Assembly (NCBI GenBank): GCA_030059665.1
Contig: JANVYR010000001.1
Coordinates: 384,001-448,000, forward strand
From: Candidatus Calditenuis fumarioli
GTDB taxonomy: Archaea > Thermoproteota > Nitrososphaeria_A > Caldarchaeales > Calditenuaceae
Length of the DNA stretch: 64,000 bases
Direction of reading: 5' to 3'
Numbering within the stretch: position 1 is the first letter of the stretch; every line of letters begins with the position of its first letter. Below the pieces are notes generated by a model that saw only the letters and a list, made by a program, of their open reading frames with translations, was not told the DNA's origin and did no database searches. A program made the position numbers and the translations under genes. Shown in pieces: positions 1 to 8,446 of the stretch.

Positions 1-321
1 CTTCTCGATCACGACCCTCGCAGAGTACGGGCCCACCTTGTCGACGCTCTCGACCATCGCCGCGACCAGCGCCGTGTGGAACCTGTCCATGCTCGTGGGG
101 ATGGTGATCTTCCCGACGACCCTGTCGCCCTGCGCGTGGACCTGGACCTCAATCCTGCCGATCCTGCCGGTTCGCTGGAGCTCCCTCAGGTCGAGGTCCG
201 AGCTGAAGATCCCCTCGGTCTGCCCGAAGATCGCTCCGACGACGTCGTTCTTGTCCACCAGGCCGTCGACCTCTATCCTGGCCTCGATCACGTACTTCGT
301 CGAGCTCGGTTGGCTCGTCAT
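1..321 (-). CDS. dnaG: Archaeal DnaG primase / exosome-associated protein, N-terminal part (runs off the window edge)
   Basis: Not in the ORF track. My translation from ATG at 321 is MTSQPSSTKYVIEARIEVDGLVDKNDVVGAIFGQTEGIFSSDLDLRELQRTGRIGRIEV..., the characteristic archaeal DnaG N-terminus; the frame stays open to position 1. Confidence 0.92.
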   Translation of the reverse strand, partial: MTSQPSSTKYVIEARIEVDGLVDKNDVVGAIFGQTEGIFSSDLDLRELQRTGRIGRIEVQVHAQGDRVVGKITIPTSMDRFHTALVAAMVESVDKVGPYSARVVIEK

Positions 322-399
322 AGCCTATCCCGTTCGGTTAACCTCAACCCTCACGTTATAAAATTATAATTCGGTCAACGGGGAAAGCCGTCACGCAGC

Positions 400-1677
400 T
401 CAGAGGAAAAGGAGGAAGGGCATGTAAATGGTTAGAGAGACGGCGGTCACCAGGAGACCGACCTTGGCGAACCTGAGGTAACTTATCGTCCGGCCGTATC
501 GGCTCTCGAGGACCTCGAGCACTATCACGTTGGACGCAGCACCCAGGATCGTGAGGTTGCCCGCCAGCGTGGAGGATGTCGCCAGGGTCAGCCAGACGTC
601 GACGTCCTGACCGGTCACGCCCGCCTCCCTGAGCTGCTGTATCGCCAGCTTCGCGAATGGAACGTTGCTTATCAACTGGCTCATCGTCAACGAGATTGCG
701 GCCAACTTCAGGAGGCCGAAGGTCTCGGTCACGTCTCCCTGGTTCACGGCCAGGAGAAGGGGCGAGAGGACCTGCGACCGCCAGACCCCCTCAACCGTTA
801 TGAACATTCCGAGGAAGAACAGTATCGTGCCGAAGTCCACCCTCGAGAGGATCTCCCTCGGATTGTCGGTGAAGGACCAGATGGCTGCGGCCACGACGAA
901 GGGTATCAGGCCCCGGGACGTGACGTGAGGCTGGCCCAGAGCCGCGAGGACGTCGTTCACCATCAGCGCGCCAACCGCAGAACCTCCTCCGATGACCGCG
1001 AGGTAGAACTCCCTCCGCGACCTCACCGCCTCCCAAGGAGCCGCCGGGACCACCACCCTCTCCCTCGGGATTTTGTAAAGCCTGATGAGGATCAGCGGGA
1101 GGACGATCAGGGAGAGCAGCGTCGGGACTGCCAGCCTCGCCAGGAAGTCTATGAAGGGAGACCTCATTCCCGACTGGAGGGCTATCAGGACGTTCTGGGG
1201 GTTGCCTATTGGGGTCATCACGGAGCCGATGGTTATCGAGAAGCAGAGCAGCAGGAACGCAGCCTCGTACATGCCCCCGAGGGACTTCCCGACGAGCACG
1301 GCGATAGGCGGGCCCATCAGCGCGACCGTGTCGTTGACGAAGAAGGCAGACATTAGCCCGAACAGCAGGGAGGAGACGAGCATCAGAGTCCACTTGTCCC
1401 TCACCCTGGAGAGGAAGTAGCTCGCGATGAAGTCCAGGAGGCCCGAGTGCTCGGCCACACCGACGAGTGCGAACATCCCGATCAGAAGCATCACCACGTC
1501 GAGGTCCACCAGTTGGGCGGCCTCATCGATTCCAACGAGGCCCAGCATTAGAGTGACGGACGCTGACAGGATCATGACGGACCAGATCGGGATCCGCGGG
1601 AACCTGCCCCTCAGCACGGTTCCTCCGAGGAGTATCGAGAGCACCAGGAGTCCCGAGATGAGGGTCGTGGCGTTCAT
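400..1677 (-). CDS. SLC13/ArsB/NhaD-family anion permease
   Basis: 425 aa, many TM helices; family motifs FFVNDTVAL, GSVMTPIGNPQN, ISNVP and LAGNLTILGAASN. Confidence 0.85.
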   Translation of the reverse strand: MNATTLISGLLVLSILLGGTVLRGRFPRIPIWSVMILSASVTLMLGLVGIDEAAQLVDLDVVMLLIGMFALVGVAEHSGLLDFIASYFLSRVRDKWTLMLVSSLLFGLMSAFFVNDTVALMGPPIAVLVGKSLGGMYEAAFLLLCFSITIGSVMTPIGNPQNVLIALQSGMRSPFIDFLARLAVPTLLSLIVLPLILIRLYKIPRERVVVPAAPWEAVRSRREFYLAVIGGGSAVGALMVNDVLAALGQPHVTSRGLIPFVVAAAIWSFTDNPREILSRVDFGTILFFLGMFITVEGVWRSQVLSPLLLAVNQGDVTETFGLLKLAAISLTMSQLISNVPFAKLAIQQLREAGVTGQDVDVWLTLATSSTLAGNLTILGAASNVIVLEVLESRYGRTISYLRFAKVGLLVTAVSLTIYMPFLLFL

Positions 1678-1860
1678 AGCGGACCTCGGTTCCGGGTGTC
1701 GTCGACCACTTTAAGCTGCAGCCGTCTCGTTGCGCGGAGCTCTCCGTCTCGGCTCCGTTGAACTTCCAGCGTTGCACAGCTCAGTCCAATACTGGGTTAC
1801 CCTTCGATCGTCGCCCCGTTGGCCGATCCACCACCTGATCCCCCAGCTTTCCGGTCGCCG

Positions 1861-1922
1861 GAACCGTTCTAACCGTTCCGAACGGATCTGACCAGCGGAT
1901 TGGCAGGTTCTATTCCAGAACC
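1861..1922. promoter_or_regulatory. Cluster of GTTC/GAAC inverted repeats, candidate operator upstream of the 1955-3815 genes
   Basis: CCGTTC-C-GAACGG at 1873-1885, an extra CCGTTC at 1864-1869, and GGTTCT-ATTCC-AGAACC at 1906-1922. Confidence 0.3.
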
Positions 1923-1954
1923 CCTTATCACGGGCCACGAAGCGCTGTTCACCG

Positions 1955-2863
1955 ATGAGCTCGGTCAGGGCCTGGACCGCTGTGGCGCTGGTGCTGATGA
2001 TGCTAGCAGGGGTAATTCCGTTGGTGCTGGCGCAGGAGGGGAACGGCGAGGAGCAGGAACTTCCTCCAGGGCTCGCGATCACCTCGGAGCTCAGGGCGAT
2101 CATCGAGGAGCACCGGGAGGCCGTTCAGTCGGTGATCCTTGAGTTCCGGATGAAGCTCGAGAACATCACTGAGAGGAAGACGGAGCTGATACGGACCTAC
2201 CTCGAGGAGAGGGTCAACAGGACCGAGGCGATAAGGGAGGAGATGGAGAGGCTGAGGCGGTTGTTCGAGGCCGGCAACCTGACCAGGGAGGAGTACCTGG
2301 TCCAGCTCAAGGCCCTTCAAGACCAGCTGAAGGCGCTGAACAAGGCATCCGAGAAGCTGGGTCATCTGATCCAGGACCTCGTGAAGGAGCTGAAGGACGC
2401 GGTCAAGGAGAAGGTCGAGAGGCTCAGGGAGATCAACAGGGAGTTCGGCAGGAGGGTCTCGGAGGAGGCAAGGAAGATCGGAGAGGAGATGAGGGAGAGG
2501 GCCCGAGGGAGGGAGGAGACGGAGGGAGGAACCGGCACAACGACGACCAACCAGACATCAACGGCCCACGGTGAGAGAGGTCAGAGGGGACGCGGAAGGG
2601 GCAACCCGCACTCCGAGGGCACCTCCACCTCAACCGGCACAGGCTCCGGTGACGACCATGGGAACGGACGCGGAAGGTCAACGGTCACAACGACCACCAC
2701 GACCACCACCGGCAACGACGCGGGCTCCGATCAGGGTCACGGACGAGGCAGGGGCAACGGAGGAGGGGGCGGTGAGGATCGGGGGAACCACGGTCGCGGC
2801 AACGGCCAGAACAACGGAAGAGGCGATGGTGACGAACGCGGTGGAAGAGGACGTAACGGATGA
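1955..2863 (+). CDS. Secreted coiled-coil protein with a low-complexity Gly/Arg/Asn/Thr tail
   Basis: Signal peptide ending VLA|QE, an E/K/R-rich helical domain, four N-x-T sequons, then a tail of GRGRG repeats and poly-Thr. Confidence 0.8.
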   Translation: MSSVRAWTAVALVLMMLAGVIPLVLAQEGNGEEQELPPGLAITSELRAIIEEHREAVQSVILEFRMKLENITERKTELIRTYLEERVNRTEAIREEMERLRRLFEAGNLTREEYLVQLKALQDQLKALNKASEKLGHLIQDLVKELKDAVKEKVERLREINREFGRRVSEEARKIGEEMRERARGREETEGGTGTTTTNQTSTAHGERGQRGRGRGNPHSEGTSTSTGTGSGDDHGNGRGRSTVTTTTTTTTGNDAGSDQGHGRGRGNGGGGGEDRGNHGRGNGQNNGRGDGDERGGRGRNG

Positions 2864-2897
2864 GCTAAATCCCAGCTGGGCTGAGCGGCCGTAGCGG

Positions 2898-3815
2898 ATG
2901 TCGCCGATCGCGCTGGCGCTGCTCGCACTCGTGGTAGCGGGTCAGGGAACCCCTCTGACGGTTTACCAGATACAACTCAGGGCCGATGGCTCTGCGATAT
3001 GGACGGTGGAGCACCGCTACCCGCTGGGGGACCAAGTCTCGTCGCAGCTCTTCGAGCAGGCGAGCAAGTCCCTTGAGTCCTACGCGACCGATTACGGCAA
3101 CCGACTGGCGTCGCTCGTGGGCAGGATCTCCGAGCAACTGGGGAGACCCATGTCCGTGGAGGGGCTCAACGTCACCGCACGGGTCGTCGAGACTCTGACA
3201 GGAAGGGTCGGGACCATCAGGGTGGAGTTCACCTGGATCGGCTTCGCACAGACTCACGAAGACGGACGACTGGAGGTCGGCGACGTCTTCATCGGCGGAT
3301 TGGTCCTTCTGGAGGGCGAGTCGCTCAGGCTCGCCTTTCCACAAGGGTACGAGACCATCAAGGTCGCACCCAACCCCGACGCATCGGGGCCCTCGTTCGT
3401 CGAGTGGGGTGGGAGGAGGGTCTTTCCGGACGGCGAACCCTACGCGCTCCTAGCACCCGCATCACCTCACTCGGGGCCGGCATCTGGACCTTCGGGTTCG
3501 ACGGGGCGGTCCGCATCCTTTGTCGACCCGTGGACCATCATCCTCTTCGCGGCTCCAACGATCTCGGCCGTTGTAGCTGCGCTGCTCTGGACACGACGTA
3601 GAAGCAGGCCCTCGCCCCAGTGGACCTCTGACGAGGTAGGCGCGGTGCTCGAGGTGATCCGGAGGTACGGTGGCACGGTGACGCAGTCGAAAATCGTCAG
3701 GGAGACGGGCCTCTCCAAGTCAACGGTCAGCACGGTGCTGAAGATCCTCGAACGGGAGGGCGTGGTCGCCAGGCAGAAGGCCGGCCGGGAGAAGCTGGTC
3801 CGACTGCTCAGGTGA
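2898..3815 (+). CDS. Membrane-anchored winged-HTH regulator with extracellular N-terminal domain
   Basis: Signal peptide, beta-rich ectodomain, TM helix WTIILFAAPTISAVVAALLW followed by RRR, and C-terminal wHTH (VTQSKIVRETGLSKSTVSTVLKILEREG). Confidence 0.85.
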   Translation: MSPIALALLALVVAGQGTPLTVYQIQLRADGSAIWTVEHRYPLGDQVSSQLFEQASKSLESYATDYGNRLASLVGRISEQLGRPMSVEGLNVTARVVETLTGRVGTIRVEFTWIGFAQTHEDGRLEVGDVFIGGLVLLEGESLRLAFPQGYETIKVAPNPDASGPSFVEWGGRRVFPDGEPYALLAPASPHSGPASGPSGSTGRSASFVDPWTIILFAAPTISAVVAALLWTRRRSRPSPQWTSDEVGAVLEVIRRYGGTVTQSKIVRETGLSKSTVSTVLKILEREGVVARQKAGREKLVRLLR

Positions 3816-3899
3816 TCAAGGGCCCGTGCTTTCGACCGCAAGGTTACGGGTCGTGTGGACGGAGAACACTAATCACGATCCGAGAGCATTCACCGATGG

Positions 3900-4265
3900 A
3901 TGCCGATTAAGGTCGCGATCGTCGGGCTCTTCCCCACGGTCTTCTCGACGAGGTGCAAGGCGGTCTGTGATCCTGCAGGCGTCGCTGGACTCAGGACGCT
4001 CGAGGCGCAGCTCTCCGAGTACCCCGAGGTCGTCAGGGCTGGGGTGAAAGCGGTCACCGACGCCGTCAGCGAGCTCATCAGGTTCTTCCCCGATCTGCAG
4101 GTGGAGCTGGTCCACGCGATGAGCCTGAAGGGCCTCGCGCTATCGGTGCGTCACCGACTCCGGAGCGGGACGTATGCGGTATTCGCAGGTAGGGCCTTCG
4201 CATTGCCACATCAGCTGGAGGAGCTCATCGAGTCCGTTGAAGGCGCCCTGGCAAACCGAACATAA
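3900..4265 (+). CDS. Hypothetical protein (CxxxC motif, possibly thioredoxin-like fold)
   Basis: 121 aa ORF filling the gap between two + strand genes, coding-like codon use, CKAVC motif. Confidence 0.55.
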   Translation: MPIKVAIVGLFPTVFSTRCKAVCDPAGVAGLRTLEAQLSEYPEVVRAGVKAVTDAVSELIRFFPDLQVELVHAMSLKGLALSVRHRLRSGTYAVFAGRAFALPHQLEELIESVEGALANRT

Positions 4266-4275
4266 TCGATTTATG
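4261..4275. promoter_or_regulatory. Palindrome CATAA-TCGAT-TTATG upstream of the thiW operon, candidate operator
   Basis: 5-bp inverted arms about 40 nt before the thiW ATG, next to an AT-rich TATA-like GGTTAAAT. Confidence 0.3.
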
Positions 4276-4316
4276 AAATGGGTTAAATGCGGAACCGATG
4301 AGGGAGAGGACCAGAA

Positions 4317-4892
4317 ATGACAGCGCGGAACGAACCCTCCCGGACCGTGGCGCTGATCGTCGCCCTATCGGCTCTAGGACTGGTTCTGGCGCCGTTCTTC
4401 TGGTTCCCGTTCCTGGGAACGAGGGCCTTCCCCGGTCAGCACCTGGTCAACGTCCTCTCGGGTATCCTGCTGGGGCCGATCAGGTCCATCCCGGTACCGA
4501 TCGTCGTGGGGACGATCCGAATAACGCTCGGCATCGGGACCGTCTTCGCCTACCCCGGCGGCATACCGGGGACGATAATGGTCGGCCTGGTCCACAGGTA
4601 CGTGACCAGCAGGTTCAGGGATCCAAGGCTGAGGTATCTGTCGGCGTTCGCGGAGCCGATCGGAACCGTGCTCATCGGAGGGACTATCTCGCTGCTCGTG
4701 ATAGGGCCATTGCTCGGCGTCAGGAGCATACTCGACCTGCTCTCGAGGGAGACGCTCGTCGCGGCCCTCCTCACCTTCTGGTCGGGCTGGGCCGTGAGCT
4801 CGGTGACGGGTTCCGCGATCGGATACGTCGTCTCGTTGGTTCTGAGCAGGGCTCTACCCGAACTCTTCAGGTCCCTCGAGGCTTCGAAATGA
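4317..4892 (+). CDS. thiW: ECF transporter S component ThiW (thiazole precursor uptake)
   Basis: AFPGQHLVNVLSGILLGP, GTVFAYPGGIPG and EPIGTVLIG motifs; lies in an operon with thiDN. Confidence 0.9.
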   Translation: MTARNEPSRTVALIVALSALGLVLAPFFWFPFLGTRAFPGQHLVNVLSGILLGPIRSIPVPIVVGTIRITLGIGTVFAYPGGIPGTIMVGLVHRYVTSRFRDPRLRYLSAFAEPIGTVLIGGTISLLVIGPLLGVRSILDLLSRETLVAALLTFWSGWAVSSVTGSAIGYVVSLVLSRALPELFRSLEASK

Positions 4893-5515
4893 GCTCTGAT
4901 CGAACCCTCCCGGTAGAGGTGGAGGGTCTTTTGGGAAAGAGGACGCTCGTCGTGGGTGAGGCCGGTGCAGGTAAGTCCACGCTGCTGGCTAAAGCGCTCG
5001 AGCGGCTGGTGGAGATGGGCCTGGCTCGTGAGGTAACGGTGATCGATATGGCTCCCTTCAGGTTCTCGGGCATTGGAGGGAAGCTTAGGGACCTAACGGA
5101 GGCCGTCGGGCAGGTCCGTTACCTGACAGACGATCGGATAGCGCCGCCGAGGCTCCTCGGTAAGAGCGCGCAGGAGGTGCTCGAGCTCGCTTCCCGGAAC
5201 GCGGCCCTCATAGAACCCCTGCTCCTTGATTACCTCAGGTCTCCCACGAGGATTTTGCTGGTGAACGACCTGACGGTCTACCTCCACGCAGGCGACCCGG
5301 CGCTCATCGAGCGGGCCATGGAAACCGCAGAGACATTCATCGCCACCTGCTACGAAGGATCGCGCCTGAGCGACGACAAGGGCTCCGGGGTAACGAGGAC
5401 CGAGAGGGAGAGGCTCGAGTCTCTCAAGCGGAGGGCCGATATTGTGCTTAACCTCGGCGAATTGTTTAATGCTGAAGCAGTAGGTGGAGAGGTGCAGCGA
5501 GGCGAGAGGCTTTGA
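4889..5515 (+). CDS. Small P-loop NTPase of unknown function
   Basis: The real start is ATG 4889, overlapping the thiW stop (ATGA); the track's 4298 start is an over-extension. Walker A GEAGAGKS and Walker B-like ILLVND. Confidence 0.8.
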   Translation: MSSDRTLPVEVEGLLGKRTLVVGEAGAGKSTLLAKALERLVEMGLAREVTVIDMAPFRFSGIGGKLRDLTEAVGQVRYLTDDRIAPPRLLGKSAQEVLELASRNAALIEPLLLDYLRSPTRILLVNDLTVYLHAGDPALIERAMETAETFIATCYEGSRLSDDKGSGVTRTERERLESLKRRADIVLNLGELFNAEAVGGEVQRGERL

Positions 5516-6867
5516 GGATTCCGAGGGCCCTGACCATCGCCGGCTCTGATTCCGGAGGCGGAGCTGGGATACAGGCGGACCTGAAGACCTTCGCCGCTCT
5601 GGGAGTTCACGGGATGTCAGCGATCACATCGATAACCGCGCAGAACACATACGCTGTCACGAGGGTCGTCGACCTAGACCCGGACATGGTCGTGGAGCAG
5701 ATAAGGGTCTGCTTAGAGGACATCGGGGTCGACGCGATCAAGACCGGGATGCTGCACACGAGGGAGATCATCGAGGCCGTCGCAGGGGAGTTGAGGAAAG
5801 TCAGGGTTCCGAAGGTGGTGGATCCGGTGATGGTCGCCAAGAGCGGTGCTCCTCTGCTGAGGGACGACGCGATCAGGTCTCTCGTCGAGGAGATGTTGCC
5901 GCTGGCTAACGTGGTAACCCCGAACGCCAGGGAGGCCGAAAGGCTGACGGGGAAACGCGTTGCCGACCTCGAGGACCAGAAGCGAGCTGCGCGTGAGATA
6001 GCCTCCATGGGAGCTAAGGCGGTGGTGGTGAAGGGCGGCCACATCGACGGGCCCGTGGTTCGGGACGTCCTATACGTCGATGGAGAGTTCCACGTGCTGG
6101 AAGCGGAGAGGATTTCCACGAAGAACACCCACGGCACCGGCTGCACCTTCGCGTCTGCTATCGCCGCCTACCTTGCGCACGGCTTCACGACTGTCGAGGC
6201 GGTGAGGCACGCCAAGGAGTTCGTCACAGACGCGATCAGGTACGGACTTGACCTCGGAAGGGGACCTGGGCCCGTCAACCCGACATGGTCGGTGCTGAGG
6301 AGGGCCTGGCTCTTCGAGGCGGTGGAGAGGGTCCGGGCAGCGGTCGAGGAGCTGGACCGGGTGGATGGGATCGGATGGGTCTGTCCGGAGTCGATGATCA
6401 ACCTCGCAGAGGTGATTCCGTACGGTTCGGACAGATCGGACGTCGTCGGGATACCCGGGAGGATCGTCAACGTCGGCGGGAAATTGAAGGCGTCATCGTG
6501 TCCTAAGCCAGGAGGGTCGAGGCACGTCGCGTCAGCGGTCCTCGTGGCCCACTCGCTGGACAGGAGGGTGAGGGCCGCGATGAACGTGAGGTACGACGAG
6601 CGGATCCTGTTGGCTGCTAGGGATCTGGGCCTGACTGTTTCCAGTTACGACAGGTCAAAGGAACCTCCTGAGATCAAGAGCGTCGAGGGGATGAGCATCA
6701 GGTGGGGCGTTGGCGAGGCATTTAACAGGGCCGGTAAAGTGACGGACATCGTCTACCACCTCGGCGACCTCGGGAAGGAGCCGATGATAACGATATTTGG
6801 AGAGGATGCAGTTGACGTCGTTAAAAAGTTGCTCCGTATACTTAACAAAGTGGGTCAATTCGGTTAA
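5512..6867 (+). CDS. thiD: Bifunctional HMP/HMP-P kinase and thiamine-phosphate synthase ThiD-ThiN
   Basis: [27 protein letters not shown] and NTHGTGC motifs; C-terminal ThiN domain (RAAMNVRY...[11 protein letters not shown]). Confidence 0.95.
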   Translation: MRIPRALTIAGSDSGGGAGIQADLKTFAALGVHGMSAITSITAQNTYAVTRVVDLDPDMVVEQIRVCLEDIGVDAIKTGMLHTREIIEAVAGELRKVRVPKVVDPVMVAKSGAPLLRDDAIRSLVEEMLPLANVVTPNAREAERLTGKRVADLEDQKRAAREIASMGAKAVVVKGGHIDGPVVRDVLYVDGEFHVLEAERISTKNTHGTGCTFASAIAAYLAHGFTTVEAVRHAKEFVTDAIRYGLDLGRGPGPVNPTWSVLRRAWLFEAVERVRAAVEELDRVDGIGWVCPESMINLAEVIPYGSDRSDVVGIPGRIVNVGGKLKASSCPKPGGSRHVASAVLVAHSLDRRVRAAMNVRYDERILLAARDLGLTVSSYDRSKEPPEIKSVEGMSIRWGVGEAFNRAGKVTDIVYHLGDLGKEPMITIFGEDAVDVVKKLLRILNKVGQFG

Positions 6868-6895
6868 GCAAAAAGCATATTTAGTGCAAACATGC

Positions 6896-6986
6896 GTTAT
6901 AATAACAGATCTTAGCGGTCACCACGGCTTTTATGTTGGCATTTTGTTATGCAATACCCCTATTTAACAAAAAACAATTATATTGT
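6896..6986. promoter_or_regulatory. AT-rich promoter region with two palindromes
   Basis: GTTAT-A-ATAAC at 6896-6906 and ACAAT-TAT-ATTGT at 6974-6986, upstream of the FAD oxidoreductase. Confidence 0.3.
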
Positions 6987-7017
6987 GAGCTCAAATCATC
7001 GAACAACGGGTGAGACA

Positions 7018-8154
7018 ATGAATTCCTACGACATCGTGGTCATCGGTGGTGGGGCGGTCGGCCTCTCGCTCTCCTACCTAGCTGCGAAGAAGGGTTACCG
7101 TGTTGCGCTGGTCGAGAGCGGACATCTGTGCAGCGGTGCTACCGGCAGGAGCGCAGGGATCGTCACGCTTCAGCTGAGCCTCGAGGAAGACGTAGCGATG
7201 GCCGCTAAGACGATCGAGCTGTTCCGCGAGGTCGGCAAGGGCTTTGGGACAGAGTTCTACCGAACGACGGGTTTCCTGACTTTGGTTCCGGAGAGGATGC
7301 TCGAAGAGACGATAGAACCGCTCAGGTCCAACAACGTTGGCTACATGGTGCTGAGGGCTGACGAGGTGAAGCGATACGTCCCGTTCCTCAAGGCCCACGA
7401 CCACGAGGTCGGAGTCCTGACGAGCAACGACATGGTAGTCGACGCCTCCGAGATGGGAAGGGCCTTCAGGTATGCGCTCAACGAGATGGGCGTCAGCGTA
7501 ATCGAGTGGAACGGACGAGGCGCCATACACGTCGAGGGTGGGGAGGTCAGGGGTGTGATGGCGAACGGACAATCGCTGATCAAGGGCGATGCGTACGTCT
7601 TCGCCGCAGGACCCTGGAACAAGACGCTGCTGGGCGGGCTTGGCATCACGGGAGTTCCGCTGACCGTTTACAAGTGCCAGGTCGTGAGGCTGTGCGCGGA
7701 GAGGACCTTGGATTACGTTCCGTTCTACGTCATGGGCGAGCACCTCTACATGAGACCCGACGGCAACGGGACCTCGATCGCTGGAAACGGCTACGCGCGT
7801 GTGGTGGAGCGGCCGGAGGACGCGATGGACGGACTCGAGAAAGAGTACGTGCAGCACATCGCGGAGCTCCTCGCGGAGCGGGTTCTCGACCCGAGCGGGT
7901 TCCGCGTTTGCGGAGGCTGGTCCGGACCGTGCAGCATCACGCCGGACGGTTACCCAGTCATCGGCAGGATTCCTGGGCTCAGGGGCGCTTACATCGTGGA
8001 CGGGCTCGACGGCTACGGGCTCATGAGGGCAGCAGGGGTCGCGGAGCTGGCTCTGAAGGCGGTCGAGGGCGAGGAGCTGCCGAAGTACAGCGCCGAGAGG
8101 TTCAAGGGCAGAGAGGAGCAGGAGGAGCTGGTGGTCGAGCTCCACTCGGTCTGA
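7018..8154 (+). CDS. FAD-dependent oxidoreductase, DAO/sarcosine oxidase beta/glycine oxidase family
   Basis: VVIGGGAVG Rossmann motif, GATGRSAG, ITPDGYPVIG and GYGLM motifs; start set at ATG 7018 after GGTGAG. Confidence 0.88.
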   Translation: MNSYDIVVIGGGAVGLSLSYLAAKKGYRVALVESGHLCSGATGRSAGIVTLQLSLEEDVAMAAKTIELFREVGKGFGTEFYRTTGFLTLVPERMLEETIEPLRSNNVGYMVLRADEVKRYVPFLKAHDHEVGVLTSNDMVVDASEMGRAFRYALNEMGVSVIEWNGRGAIHVEGGEVRGVMANGQSLIKGDAYVFAAGPWNKTLLGGLGITGVPLTVYKCQVVRLCAERTLDYVPFYVMGEHLYMRPDGNGTSIAGNGYARVVERPEDAMDGLEKEYVQHIAELLAERVLDPSGFRVCGGWSGPCSITPDGYPVIGRIPGLRGAYIVDGLDGYGLMRAAGVAELALKAVEGEELPKYSAERFKGREEQEELVVELHSV

Positions 8155-8355
8155 TCAGCCCCTCTCCCTCGCCCTCTCCTTGATGTTAGCGGCCACTTCC
8201 CTTGCCCTCCTGGCGTCGTTGGTGGTGAAGAGGACCTGAGAGCCCGCTACGGAGCTCTCTTTGCCGCAGAACCTGCAGGTGAACCTCTTCGATGCCAGAA
8301 CCACCATCACGTTGCCGCAGTGCGGGCACCTCACCACCAGGTACGTCCTTCCCAA
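8155..8355 (-). CDS. Small zinc-ribbon protein (DUF1922-like)
   Basis: C-terminal part of track ORF 8155..8919; from TTG 8355 it reads MGRTYLVVRCPHCG...FTCRFCGK, with two CxxC pairs. Confidence 0.75.
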   Translation of the reverse strand: MGRTYLVVRCPHCGNVMVVLASKRFTCRFCGKESSVAGSQVLFTTNDARRAREVAANIKERARERG

Positions 8356-8446
8356 CCCGTTCCAGCTGCACGGCGACGGTATTTGATGCGATCGCCTCCG
8401 GGTTTCGGGAGAACGATAATTACAACCCGGGAGAGTTCGGGGACAG

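Noticed and set aside
4298-4888. N-terminal half of track ORF 4298..5515, and similar over-extensions at 14188..15504, 15849..16580, 44802..45875, 56942..57721 and 62643..63998
   Set aside because: The extensions overlap real genes or promoters; internal starts with ATGA coupling or TATA spacing fit better.
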